Position numbers and translations under genes: made by a program
Part shown: piece by piece, positions 1-11,258 of the stretch
Layout: the number at the start of each line of letters is the position of its first letter
How positions within the stretch are numbered: the stretch's first letter is position 1
The notes under the pieces: model-generated
Told to the model about the DNA's origin: nothing
Seen by the model: only the letters and a program-made list of their open reading frames with translations
Databases searched by the model: none
NCBI GenBank assembly: GCA_977017645.1
Contig: OZ360235.1
Span: forward strand, 27,404,001-27,468,000
DNA: 64,000 nucleotides
Source: Torpedo marmorata
Taxonomy: Eukaryota
Direction: 5' to 3'

Positions 1-27
1 TAAATACATACAGGTAAAATATAAAGA

Positions 28-252
28 GACCCCAGAGACTGCAGATGCTGGAATCTGGAGCAAAATACAAACTACTGGAGGAATTCAGCACATCAGCAAC
101 ATCCATTGAGGGAGTGAACAATCAATGTTTTGGGTCAAAACACTGATGCAGGACTAAAGTGGAGTTTCAACTTGAAACATGGACTGTCCATCTTCCTTCA
201 TGGATACTGCCTGACCCGTTAAGCTCCTCCAACAGTTCATATTTTGCTCCAG
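28..252. mobile_element. Short inverted-repeat element derived from Penelope-like terminal repeats
   Basis: Arms ggagcaaaatacaaactactggaggaa (about 57-83) and ctcctccaacagttcatattttgctcc (about 225-250) are approximately reverse complements. Same motif family as 52578-52881 and the PLE ends at 5131 and 37460. Confidence 0.65.
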
Positions 253-862
253 GTAAAATATAATTTAATATATATAAACAACCAGAGAGTTAAATATTTA
301 CCCTAGCTTATTTACATCTCCCATGCCATTGGGGTTCCCACATAAATGGTAAGATTCTTCTGGAACCTTCTTGAAGTTTCTTAAATTATAGACTATCGTT
401 TCCTTGGTTTCATCATAAATATTCTTCAGCTACACTTGGTCTCTGCATAAGTCAGCTGAATGCTTCTTCCCATTTCAGCTTGGAAACTGACTGGTAACAC
501 ACAGATGGCCCAGGAATTAAAATCTCCCCAGTCTCACTCTACCAAGGTTAGGACTGTTCACTTTTCACCTCAATCCCAACCCACCAGACATAAACTTGGG
601 ACTAATATCATGGTGTTTGATCAAAATAGCACACCATCAAAGACAAATATAAAAGATTATAAAAACTACAAACCTGTGTTATTTTCTGCAATATTGACTG
701 ACGTTCTGTTTTGCATTGAAGCTTAGCAATGGCTTTTTGTAATACCTCTGATATTTTAAAGCCATTTCAAAGCATTGGATTTAGTATGGGCATTAGAGGA
801 TGTGAGCATTGGCATATTTAAAGCTGCAGTGTTTGAAAAGTCTTTTAATGAAGGATAAGGAA

Positions 863-1221
863 GGATTTATGAGGGGTATAGATCGAGTAAATGCAAGTAG
901 GCTTTTTCCACTGAGGGTAGGTGGGATACAAACCAGAGGACATGGGTTAAGGGTGAAAGGGGAAAAGTTTAAGGAGAAGATTAGGGGGAACTTCTTCACA
1001 TGGAGAGTAGTGGGAGTGTGGAACAAGCTGCCAGCTGAAGTGGTGAATGCGGGCACAATTTTCACGTTTAAGAAAAATTTGGACAGGTACTTGGATAGGA
1101 GGGGTATGGAGGGCTATGGACTGGGTGCAGGTCAGTGGGACGAGGCAGAATAATAGTTCGGCACAGGCTAGAAGGGCTGAAGGGCCTGTTTTCTATGCTG
1201 TAATGTTCTATGGTTCTATGG
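863..1221 (+). mobile_element. CR1 LINE 3' fragment
   Basis: ORF 809-1153 has the CR1 ORF2 C-terminus (TRGHGLRVKG..RGNFFTWRVVGVWNKLP) and ends in a (TTCTATGG)n tail. Confidence 0.85.
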
Positions 1222-1419
1222 GTCTAAGCTCCAGGAGGGGATGGAACTTGGAAAATGTTCTGCTGTAGATGGTGTACTAACAATGGCCAAGGGATCAGAG
1301 GTGTGGTGTTCCTCCAGAAATTGTGCCATAGATGTATCTTTCCACCTTGTTCTTCATTTAAATGTATGGAATAGTTGTCTCATACCAATTTAAAATGTAT
1401 ATATTTTGTTATTCATTTA

Positions 1420-1975
1420 TAGAATAAGCACATCAATGGCAAAGTCGCAATATATTGTTTGAGATGAAGTGCCTTCTTGAACCATTGGACTTCTCCAGGT
1501 GAAAGTTATACGTGATTCTGTGACAAGGAAGTTCCAGCTTCAGATGCAGTGAGGATGAAGGAACAACAAATTATTTCAAGGCAGAATAATGTGTGACTTG
1601 GAGGGAATTTTCACGTGTCCTCATTTTGTTCTTCCTTATAGTGGAGGTTTAGGCTTTAAGAGGCGCTTTTAAAATTGCCTTGGTGAGTTACTCCAATACA
1701 TTGCACAGGAGGTTCATGTTGTATCCACTAATGTAGGAAGAGTATTTTGAGATGGTGGAAGAGGTACAAATCAAGTGGACTGTTATTTCTGGATGGTGTT
1801 GACTTATGTTAAGTGCTGTTGGGTTGCTATCGTCCAGAGGGTGGAAGTTATTTCATGAAAATGTTACTTGTGTCTTTCAGAAGGTGGAGAGGCTTTCCAG
1901 AGTGAGGGGGTGATCAGTCATTCCATGAGACCCAGCCTCTGATTGATTCTTGCAGCCACAATGTTCATGTGGCAT
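1420..1975 (-). mobile_element. Degenerate CR1/L2-type LINE remnant
   Basis: Recalled resemblance to an old chondrichthyan LINE 3' region; no intact ORF. Confidence 0.35.
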
Positions 1976-2127
1976 AGTGAAGGAGGTAAAAGCAGGAGAT
2001 TTAGTAAGTCATGTGACAATCAACCAGAACTAAAGAGCATAGTTTCAGAATAAGGTGTCATGCAGTTCAGATAGGTTGTGAAACTATTTGTTCCCAGAGT
2101 TTGGTGAGTCTTTGGAATTCCCATGCT

Positions 2128-4170
2128 CAGAATCAGAATCTGAATCAGGTTTATTGTCATGAACATGTGTCATGAAATTTGTTGTTTTGTGGCAGCAGTA
2201 TTGTGCAGAATAAGGTGCAAAATTACTATAGATTACAATTCTGTAAATACAAGATTTTTTTAAAAAATAACTACGTAGTGCAAAAAAAGAGAAAAAGTGA
2301 GGTAGTGTCCATAGGTTCATTGTCCATTCAGAAATCTGATGGTGGAGGGAAAGAAGCTGTTTTTATAACGTTGAGTGTGTGTCTTCAGGCTCCTGTACCT
2401 CCTTCCTGATGGTAGCAGTAAGAAGAGGGCATGGCCTGGGTGGTGAGGGTCCTTGATGATAGAAGCTGCTTTCCTGAGGCACCGCCTCTTAAAGATGTCC
2501 TTAATGGAGTGAGCACTAATGCACATGATGGCACTGGTCGAGTTTACAGCACTCGTTAGCATGTTCCTGTCCTATGCATTGGCACTTCCATACCAGAGAG
2601 TGATGCAACCAGTCAGAATGCTCTCCATGGTACACCTGTAGAAATTTGCAAGAGTCTTTGGTGAAACACCAAATCTCCTCAAACACCTAATGAAATATAG
2701 CCACTGGTGTGCCTTCTTCATGATTGCAAGATAGGCTTTCAGCGATGTTGACGCCAGAAATTTGAAGTTTCTTACCCTCTCCACTGCTGAACCCCCCGAT
2801 GAGAACTTGTTTGTGTTCTCCTAGTTTCCTCTTGCTGAAGTCCACAATCAATTCCTTAGTTTTACTGACATTGAGTGCAAGGTTGTTGTTGTGACACCAC
2901 TCAACTACCTGATCTATCTCATTCCTGTACGCTTCCTCATTGCTATCTATGATTCTGCCGGCAACGGTGGTGTCGTCAGGAAATTTGTAGATGGCATTTG
3001 TATAGTGCCTAGCCACACAGTCATGGTGTAGAGTGAGTAGAGCAGTGGGCTAAGCACACATCCTTGAGGTGCACCTGTATTGATTGTGAGTGACGAGCAA
3101 ACGTTGTTTCCGATTCATTCTGACTGTGGTCTTCCGATGAGTAAGTCAAGGATCAAGTTGCAGAGGGAGGTGCAGAGGCCCAAGTTTTGAAACTTGATGA
3201 CCAGTACTGAGGGGATGATGGTGTTGAAAGCTGAGCTGTAATCGATGAAAAGCAGCCTGATGTACGTGTTGCTGTTGTCCAGGTGATCCAGGGCTGAGTG
3301 GAGAGCCAGTGAGATTGCATCTGCTATGGAACGATTGTGGTGATAGGAAAATTGTAGTGGGTCCATGTCTTTGTCAAGTCAAGTCAAGTTTATTGTCATC
3401 TGATTGCACAAGTACAACCCGACAAAACAGCATTCTCTGATCCTCAGTGCAAAACATGCAGACACACAACCAAACATAACACACACACAGAAAACAATAC
3501 ACATGCAGGACAAGTATTCATATATACAAATAAATAAATAAATATTGTTTCGTGAATATGAGAGTCTCGGATGGTTAATGTGAGCAGTTCCTTTGGTCGT
3601 TCAGCATTCTCCCTGCCTATGGAAGAAGCTGTTCCTCAGCCTGGTGGTGCTGGATCTGATACTCCTGTATTTCTTTCCCAATGGGAACAGCTGAAAGATG
3701 TAGTGTGCAGGGTGGAAGGGGTCCGCGATGATTTTGCATGCCCTCTTCTGACAACACGCAAAATCATCGAGGACCCCTTGCTTAGAAATGAGTTAATTCT
3801 GGCCATGGCCAACCTCTTAAAGCATTTCATCACAGTAGATGGGAGTGCTACTGGGCGATAGTTATTGAGGCAGCTCTCACTGCTCTTCTTGGGCATCGGT
3901 ATGATTGATGCCCTTTTGAAGCAGGTGGGAACCTTCGACTGCAGCAGTGAGAGATTGAAAATGTCCGTGAACACTCCAGGTAGTTGGTTGGCACAGATTT
4001 TCAGTAGCTGGCCAGGTATACCATAAGGGCTTAACGCCTTGGGAGGGTTCACCCTCTAGAAGAATGTTCTGACTTTGGCCTCTGTCACAGATATCACGGG
4101 GTTACCAGCTTCTGCAAGGATTCTCACTGGAACAGTTGAATTCTCCTTTTCAAAGCGAGCATAAAAGGTT
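2128..4170 (-). mobile_element. Rex1/Babar-type LINE, 5'-truncated and frameshifted, interrupted by a nested LINE
   Basis: ORF fragments [45 protein letters not shown] and [11 protein letters not shown]; (GATTCT)n tail at 2128-2147. Confidence 0.9.
3374..3775 (-). mobile_element. Rex1-like LINE 3' fragment with (ACTTG)n tail, nested in the preceding LINE
   Basis: Tail tcaagtcaagtcaag at 3374. The host frame LSK|DMDP resumes on both sides. Homologous to 5385-5978. Confidence 0.85.
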
Positions 4171-5384
4171 GACACTATCAAACATTTAAACTGCAAGGCA
4201 TGTGGGGAGAGAGTCGGAAAGTGGTGTTGAGGCCAAGATTGGATCAGCTATGATTTTAATAAATCATAGAACAGGCTGAAAGGACCAACTCACTTTCTCC
4301 TAAGTCCTACTTTTTATATTTTTAGGCTTATATGTTCTCTGCCTTTTCCACTCTTGACTGAACCCAGGAGCTGTGATCAAGCCTCTCGAGTGAGATCACT
4401 GCAGATTTGTTGATAGTGATGTACTGGGTCCATGAGCAGAGAATATAGGATATATTCATTCAATTGTTGTCAGTAGCATTTTAGAACAAGTTAGGTGAGA
4501 AAATGACATTGTCCCTATGGTATGCTTCACCAAACTGAACACAATTAAATAACTGTACGTCAGCAATCAAATGTGGATAAGCACTCTAATGTAAATACAT
4601 TTGAAAATGTAAAAATGTGTAGGTGATTCAGTTCACCACCTGCATTCTTTTAATTGAAGCCTGAAACCAGTTGCACTTCTATGACCCGCGAAAAGACAGA
4701 ACAATGTGTGGATACCTCCTCCGGGAGGTCTTGCACTTAATATAAAGATGCCAAACTGCCGAGCTGGTTATGTCCCTCTGGTCCAGAAACTGCTTCACTG
4801 GGATACCATGTGCGGTAATGTATTACCGCCAGCTGCTACTGAATCACTTTTATTTTACCATTCTGATTTCGCAAGCGGTACTTTTCTCCATTTCCTCCAC
4901 CATCTGCTACTGCTCTTCAAACACTGGATAAAAGTGCAGCTGATGAATATTATTCCTGTTCCCAAGACACACAAAAATGGATATGATAGGCAGCTGGATA
5001 GGGCAGGAAGGGGAGTATGATATTTTGTGTTTACATTTTTAATTTCAAAGTATAATATCAGAATGAAGTATTTTGGTGTTCCAGGGTAAATGTTAATGCA
5101 CAACAATGCACCTTGTTGAGTCAAATCCTTGTGAAACACAAAAGTCTGCAGATGGTGTGATTGTAGTAAAAACACACAGAAATGCTGGAGGAACTCAGCT
5201 GGTCTCGCAGTATCAATAGGAGGTGAAGATATATTACCAACGTTTCGGGCCTGAACCCTTCTTCAAGGTATAAGCAAAGTACAGGAAGGCGTCAGAATAA
5301 AGACTGAAGAATGTCAGGGGGAGGAGTCCAGACCAACAAAAGGTGTTAATTGGATATGATAAGAGGAGAGGTGAGAATTGATTA

Positions 5385-5978
5385 GATGAAGAGAAATGGA
5401 TCGGAGGTCTTGCAGAGAAATGGATCGCAGGTCTTGCAGAGAAATGGATCGGAGGTCATGCAGAGAAATGGATGGGAGGTCAATCCACAGGACCATAAGA
5501 GTGGCAGAGAGGATCACTGGAGTCTTCCTCCCCCCCATCGACGTGATCTACTGGGATCATTGTCTGAAGAGGGCGTTCAAAATCATTGAGGACCCTTCCA
5601 CCCTGCACACAGCATCTTTCAGCTGCTCCCATCGGGGAAGAGATACAGAAGTATCAGAGCCAGCACCACCAGGCCGAGGAACAGCTTCTTCCCACGGGCA
5701 GTGCGAATGCTGAACGACCAAGGGAACTGCTCACACTAACTATCTGAGACTCTCATTTATACAAAACAATATCTATTTATTTATTTATTTATTTATTTAT
5801 GTGTATCGATGAAATACTTGTCCTGCATATGTATTGTTTGTCTGTATGTGTGTTATGTCTGGTTGTGTGTCTGCATGTTTTGTACTGAGGACTGGGGAAC
5901 GCTGTTTCATCGGGTTGTACTTGTACAATCAGATGACAATAAACTTGACTTGACTTGACTTGAAACTTGACTTGATTA
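5385..5978 (+). mobile_element. Rex1-like LINE 3' fragment with (ACTTG)n tail
   Basis: RVAERITG..CLKRAFKIIEDP peptide, AATAAA plus (ACTTG)n tail, flanked by ttgatta at 5378-5384 and 5972-5978. Confidence 0.85.
5390..5481 (+). repeat. 24-bp tandem repeat, about 4 copies (agagaaatggatcggaggtcttgc)
   Basis: Directly visible; produces the MDRRSCRE repeats in the ORF track. Confidence 0.95.
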
Positions 5979-6559
5979 TGGCTCTGTGAAAGGAGACAGA
6001 TGGAAAAGGTAAGAGAGAGAGAGAGAGAGAGAGAGATGGGGTAAAGGCAGCAGGGGGAAGAAGAGGGGGGGAGGGTTAACGGAAACCTGAGAAGTCTATG
6101 TTAATGCCATCGGGTTGGAGGGTGCCCAGATGGAAGATGGGGTGTGGTTCCTCCAATTTGCTGGTGGTCTCAGTCTCACTGTTCATGAGACCATGGACAG
6201 AGAGGTCAGCATGTGAATGGGACAGGGAATTCAAATGGGTGGCCACTGGGAAATCCACGCTATTGCGGACAGAGCCCATGTGCTCAACAAAGCGATCTCC
6301 CAGGGTCAAATCCTTAACGTGAGTGAGTTGAACACTATCTCGGTAGAGGGTCCTGACCCGCAACGTTGACTGACCATTTCTACCCGTGGATACTGCTTGG
6401 CACGCTGTGTTCTTCCAGCAATTCATTCCCGGAGCATTGTGAAATGTTGATTAACATTAACCTCAGTTCTGAAACAACACTGTAAACTCCGAAGGGCAAA
6501 TTCCGATACAGCCCATATCCGGATGATTTCGAATTAATTTTTCCAAGTGAGGAACATCA

Positions 6560-6905
6560 TAGCTGCAGATGCTGGAATCTCGAGCAAACGAGAAAGTGGA
6601 GGAACTCAACGGGTCAAGCAACATCCAATCGGTAGAAATTGTCAATGTTTCGTATCGAAAGTAAAGCAGGAAGGGGTGATATCAAGGAGACAAATAAGGG
6701 GGGGGGGGTTGGGGAGGGGCCATCGGACAGAAAGTGGACGAGGCGAGAGACAGGTACAGAGACAGACCACGGATGGGAAGGGGGCTAAAGAGGGGCAAAA
6801 TGGTAAGAAGGGGGCAGTAGGCAAGGAAAAGATGGAAACGGTGGAACTAGATAGAGAGATAAACCAAGATTAGAAAACGGCTGTTAATGCCATCATCGGA
6901 GAGGC
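6560..6905 (-). mobile_element. Degenerate Penelope-like terminal fragment
   Basis: ctgcagatgctggaatct..ggaggaactca motif, purine-rich tract, and tgttaatgccatc matching the PLE ORF end. Confidence 0.6.
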
Positions 6906-7088
6906 TCAAGCGGACATACCTATCTGCTATAAAGTATAACGCACGCCAACTGCGAAATTATTTGTGTTCTCTCATTAAAAGGAGCAATCAATATACTGTA
7001 CCTCGGAGTGATTTCACAGCGAGAAAGTGGGGCTTTCAAATAAGACAAAGTGCAAATAATGAGATTTATAACAAAAATCATTTGTGAT

Positions 7089-7094
7089 TTTATT
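7089..7094 (-). terminator. Candidate MYF5 polyadenylation signal AATAAA
   Basis: tttatt on the plus strand, about 150 nt downstream of the stop codon. Confidence 0.45.
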
Positions 7095-7242
7095 TCATTA
7101 TTAAATACAATTATTTTAATGACGGCTAATGAATAGAACGTTATTTACAAATATACAGTAGAACATGTTCCTTAATGTGGCACAATGTTTGATTGAGCTT
7201 CATATCTGCATGATGGATTTTGTGGAGTAGTTGTTTGAGGGT

Positions 7243-7415
7243 CTAAAGGATGTGATAGACTGGCTGACTGGCAGAGGAATCGCTGATGAGTGGGGACGTG
7301 GTCCTTCCGTCCAGACCTGAAAGGAGACCACGCTCGGGGGACGGTGAAATCCGTTCCACTATGTTGGACAGATAGTCCAAGCTGGAAACTGCAAGGCCTC
7401 GGCTGCTGGGACAAA
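7243..7415 (-). CDS. MYF5: Myogenic factor 5, exon 3 (helix III and C-terminus)
   Basis: Acceptor tttcttctag, phase 1. Encodes VCPSSRGLAVSSLDYLSNIVERISPS..QPVYHIL*, with the Myf5-type YHxL end. Confidence 0.95.
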
Positions 7416-7892
7416 CTAGAAGAAAGAAAAGAAATAGTCGTTTCACGATCAAATCTACGATGTGTAAAAGACCGATATAAACAAACCTCAAGTTAGCATT
7501 CGAGTCAATGTTTTTATTTCTCTAACATTTAAGAAGAATATTATGGACGAAGGGAAGTTCGCATCAGAAAATAAGGCATAAACCGTCGGTTTTTCAGAGA
7601 CCCGAAATGATTCCACGCACCATGTAGCCCTACTGATTCTCTCCTGTAAACAGGTATCAAATGTTTCCAAAGGATGCTCCGTCTTCCCAATGATAGGCAA
7701 TGTTGTGTATGCAATTGCATATTTTGTAAACTTTGTTCATTCTGTAATGCTAAATTGATCCTTGCTCAACACATTTCAATAAAGTACACCAAAAGCTTCA
7801 TTAAATCTACCGTCGGCGTTAATTCTACAAAACAATGCTCTGTATCTTACATAGATGACTTCAAATCTTTAATTTCCTAATTCTCTTCAATT

Positions 7893-8143
7893 ATAGAACC
7901 GCAGAACACTGCAGCACAGAAACAGGCCCTTCTGCCCGTCTAGTCCGTGCCTAACTATTCCGCCTCATTCCCTCGACCTGCATCCGAAGTATAGCCCTCC
8001 CATCCATGTACAGTATATATCCAAAGTTTTTCTTAAATGTGAAATCGAACCCGCATCTACCAATTCGGCTGGCAGCTCGCTCCACACTATCACTACCCTT
8101 TGTGTGAAGAAATTCCCCTTAAACATTTCACCTTTCACCCTTA
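7893..8143 (-). mobile_element. CR1 LINE 3' fragment in MYF5 intron 2
   Basis: ORF 7965-8174 (LRVKGEMFKGNFFTQRVVIVWSELP) and a CR1-type tail. Confidence 0.8.
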
Positions 8144-8224
8144 GAGGTTCCATTCTTGGCACAGTACTGGACAATGCATTTTGTCGGCGTTTGTGGCTTT
8201 TATTTTCTTTAATGTGTCGATTGT

Positions 8225-8600
8225 GGTTCGATGTGCATGCCCTGGTTCATATGTCAGAATTTTAATGGATTCAAGGGCCATTCCAAAGTGATGGATAACA
8301 TTTAAACCGATAAGCCAATGCAGTACTGAGGGCGTGCTGTATTATCGAGTCCTGCTTATAGCGCCTCTCTAGGAGGCGTTAAAACAGGACTTTGTCCAGG
8401 CTTAAGGGACATTAAAATTCCATAAATGTATTTCGAAGAGGAGTGAAGAGTTCTCCCTGCTCTCCTGGCCAATACTGCTTCTTCAACGAATTCTAGCAAG
8501 ACAGTGTATCTTGTCATCCTCATGTTACTAACAGTGGAAGATTGGATGTGCGTAAAGCAATTCCGACCCCAAAAATGGCCCAGAATCAACTTCAAATATA
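8225..8600 (+). mobile_element. Old Deu-domain SINE (SacSINE1/AmnSINE1-like) in MYF5 intron 2
   Basis: gcagtactgagggcgtgctg..gacattaaaattccat..ttcgaagaggag..gagttctccc..tcctggccaata follows the Deu-domain consensus as I recall it; a degenerate Pol III-type head lies upstream. Confidence 0.65.
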
Positions 8601-9260
8601 AGTGTATTGTGACATTTTAAAATACACCAGAACTTTAAACCTTAAACATGAAATATCTTGTTTATTTACTTCAAAGTTTTATAAAAGGGCAGTTAAATTA
8701 TGTACCGTTATCTAAACGTTGTCTCCCCAGTACTGTATTTCTATAATTTATCTTTACTGATTTATTTCTGCTTTACGCCCATGTTTATTGCTAGCATTAA
8801 AGTGAGTAGGTTATTTTTTATGTGGTTAAAGTGTTTCTGAGGAATTTCAAATGAAACGTATCCAATTCCTTGGTCGCTTCAAAAAACACGTGCTCTTCAA
8901 CTTTATCTCAGACTGAGAATTCAACAATCCATGGTGCTGCTTGCATTTTCTTTGGAAATGTTCTGCTTTTTCGCCGGTCACTGAGATTGATTTTAAATTT
9001 TAAATGGTTTATTTCTTCAAAGGGCGGTGGGCGGGGAGGTGGTGGTGGGGGCAAATGGGCGGGTGTTCAAACAAGATGACAGTTCCACCATCGCTTCGGA
9101 AGCCGTTTACAGTGAGTCTTTTAACTCGTTTCTTAACTGTAGGGGCTCTGATTTGTCGTTTTCACAAGCTACAACTCAAGCGTTTCAGTGTAATTTCGTC
9201 ACTTTCAAGGCAGGTTTATGAAGAGGTATAAACGGAATTCATGATAACTAGACAACGTAC

Positions 9261-9336
9261 CGTTCTGCAATTCCGAACAGTAAATACGGTCAAAATTGAT
9301 GTTTCTTCTCGACCAAACAGGGCTGTTACATCCCAT
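9261..9336 (-). CDS. MYF5: Myogenic factor 5, exon 2 (76 bp)
   Basis: Acceptor ttttccccctcag and donor gtacg. Encodes MGCNSPVWSRRNINFDRIYCSELQN; phase 0 in, phase 1 out, fitting exons 1 and 3. Confidence 0.95.
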
Positions 9337-9637
9337 CTGAGGGGGAAAAAAACACAAGCAAATCAAAATAAAGCGACCTCCATGAATTTCACATAAACTT
9401 TAATTAAGATTCACGTTAAAATCTCACTTAAAATTTTAAATGTCTAAAGTTTTGATTACTCGGGCCAAACCAAGGCCATCTGTTAATTAGACACAGTAGG
9501 TTTCTTCGCCACACTGTGATTTTCTCACAAAACATTAGTTATGTCAATATCCCTCCACAGAAATGTGCATTATGTTATCCATGGAAAATGGATTGCGTGT
9601 CAATGAAGTGAACCGAGTAACTTTACTCGGTTCACTT

Positions 9638-9707
9638 CTGCTGAGCTTCTCCAGCATTTTGTGTTTTTTACTTCAACCACGGTGTCTACAGATTTTCGTG
9701 ATTTACT
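9638..9707 (+). mobile_element. 70-bp Penelope-like terminal fragment in MYF5 intron 1
   Basis: Nearly identical to 37459-37525; direct repeat taactttact at 9618-9627 and 9710-9719. Confidence 0.85.
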
Positions 9708-11104
9708 TCTAACTTTACTTGCGCCGGATCAGATTTTCCCATATTAAAATCACATTGAAGTCTTGGCTCCAATTGTGAAAACTTAATGGTATAAGAATGC
9801 TTCACTGATTGTTGTTTAAAATAACAGTGCTGTTTCTGACTCCCGTGGATCGCAATAGGTGTAGAGGTGGGAATGCCATCATCACTGCATCAAAATAGAG
9901 CAACGTGTGTGGCAGCAACTTCAGCGAAGTGGCAAGAACACCCGGTCACACATAATGAAACCCAGATATCATCTACGCCAAGCCTTGAGCTACAGCGAGA
10001 AAGCATTTAACCTAATTTCCAATGTGCTAATGAAGATGTTTAGCTGTAGTTCCTCTCTCTCTCTCTCTTCCAAGTTAGTTAAGGAAATACTTGGTTGGAA
10101 AGAATGTCCGACAGCTGCGAATGCTACGTTTGACGATTTCTCACAGCTGTTTTCTTGATTTTCAACACTCCGCCGTTGGATTGTTTCAAAGCGAAAGCTC
10201 GGTGATTGTTAGAGTTAAAACATGGAAAAGGATCAATGTTTTTCGGGAGTGGTTTACAGTGAAATTATATAGATTTTACTTGAGAAAGCCACGGGAAGTC
10301 AGAATACAAATAAGTGAACTAAAATATTACCGCTGAATAAACGGCTAATTGGTTATTTTTTTTTCTTTTGCGAAAACATAAGGGACACGTTTGATTATTT
10401 TCGACAGACTGCATCGTTTTGTTTACAGCTATTTTGATCATGATCCTTAGTTGACTAAATGGGCATTTTGTAAAGAATCGAAACTATTTTATCAGATCAA
10501 ACTACATGGGTTTAATCCGCGGATGTTATTACATTACGATCAGTTGTATATCTACTGTCTGCAACCCGTCTTATTGATCCATTTTGGAAAGGCTCTGAGG
10601 AGGGAAATTACATGATGTAAAAATCAACGCCGAGGCAACCTTACAGACTGAAACTGGGGAAAGCTTATATCCACAATTTTCTCTCCAGGAATAGAAAGTG
10701 TAACTAACTATAAACCTCAGACTTTGTTACAAGATCAGACGAAGCAGGTTTTGTGAATAAGCTTGTAATCGATATTTACGAATTCATGAATATCAGGTTC
10801 TCTTTCAAGGCACGAAGAAGAAAGCGTTGTGAACAAACGTTTTAAGTGAGGATTGATTACCGTAACCAGAAGTTTTCGTTTTGCATTAGTTCTACAAAGA
10901 ACGCAAGAACCCCAAAGAATAGTTGCAAACTTTGCTTATTAACCGACAGAATGAATACTGTACCTGTATCTAATGTCGGAAGGACTGCTCTCCTGCGGAA
11001 AATAGAGTGGATCACAGAATAGAACCTTTACGACACAAAAGCCTATTTGCCCCGTCCTTACTGTACTTGTAATAATGCGAGTTTTCTATTGAGATCTTAT
11101 GAGG

Positions 11105-11258
11105 NNNNNNNNNNNNNNNNNNNNNNNNNNNNNNNNNNNNNNNNNNNNNNNNNNNNNNNNNNNNNNNNNNNNNNNNNNNNNNNNNNNNNNNNNNNNNNNN
11201 NNNNNNNNNNNNNNNNNNNNNNNNNNNNNNNNNNNNNNNNNNNNNNNNNNNNNNNNNN
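11105..11258. other. Assembly gap (154 N) in MYF5 intron 1
   Basis: Run of N. Confidence 1.

Larger units (their letters stand above)
5131..6302 (-). mobile_element. Penelope-like element 3' part (GIY-YIG C-terminus plus terminal repeat), interrupted by a LINE
   Basis: ORF 6076-6426 (LGDRFVEH..FPVATHLNS..HPIFHLGTLQPDGINIDF) matches the copy at 36749. Terminal repeat with hammerhead-like motif at 5235-5270. Confidence 0.85.

Noticed and set aside
1-7000. LIN7A exons expected downstream of MYF5
   Set aside because: No recognisable L27 or PDZ coding exon; short ORFs such as 4706-5020 lack homology.
6900-7242. miR-31 seed site known from the mouse Myf5 3' UTR
   Set aside because: No TCTTGCC match seen by eye in this interval.
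10964-10992. Possible 29-nt cassette exon in MYF5 intron 1 (ttttccgcag..ACAG/gtac)
   Set aside because: Frameshifting, no homology, and no transcript evidence; the real exon 2 is 9261-9336.
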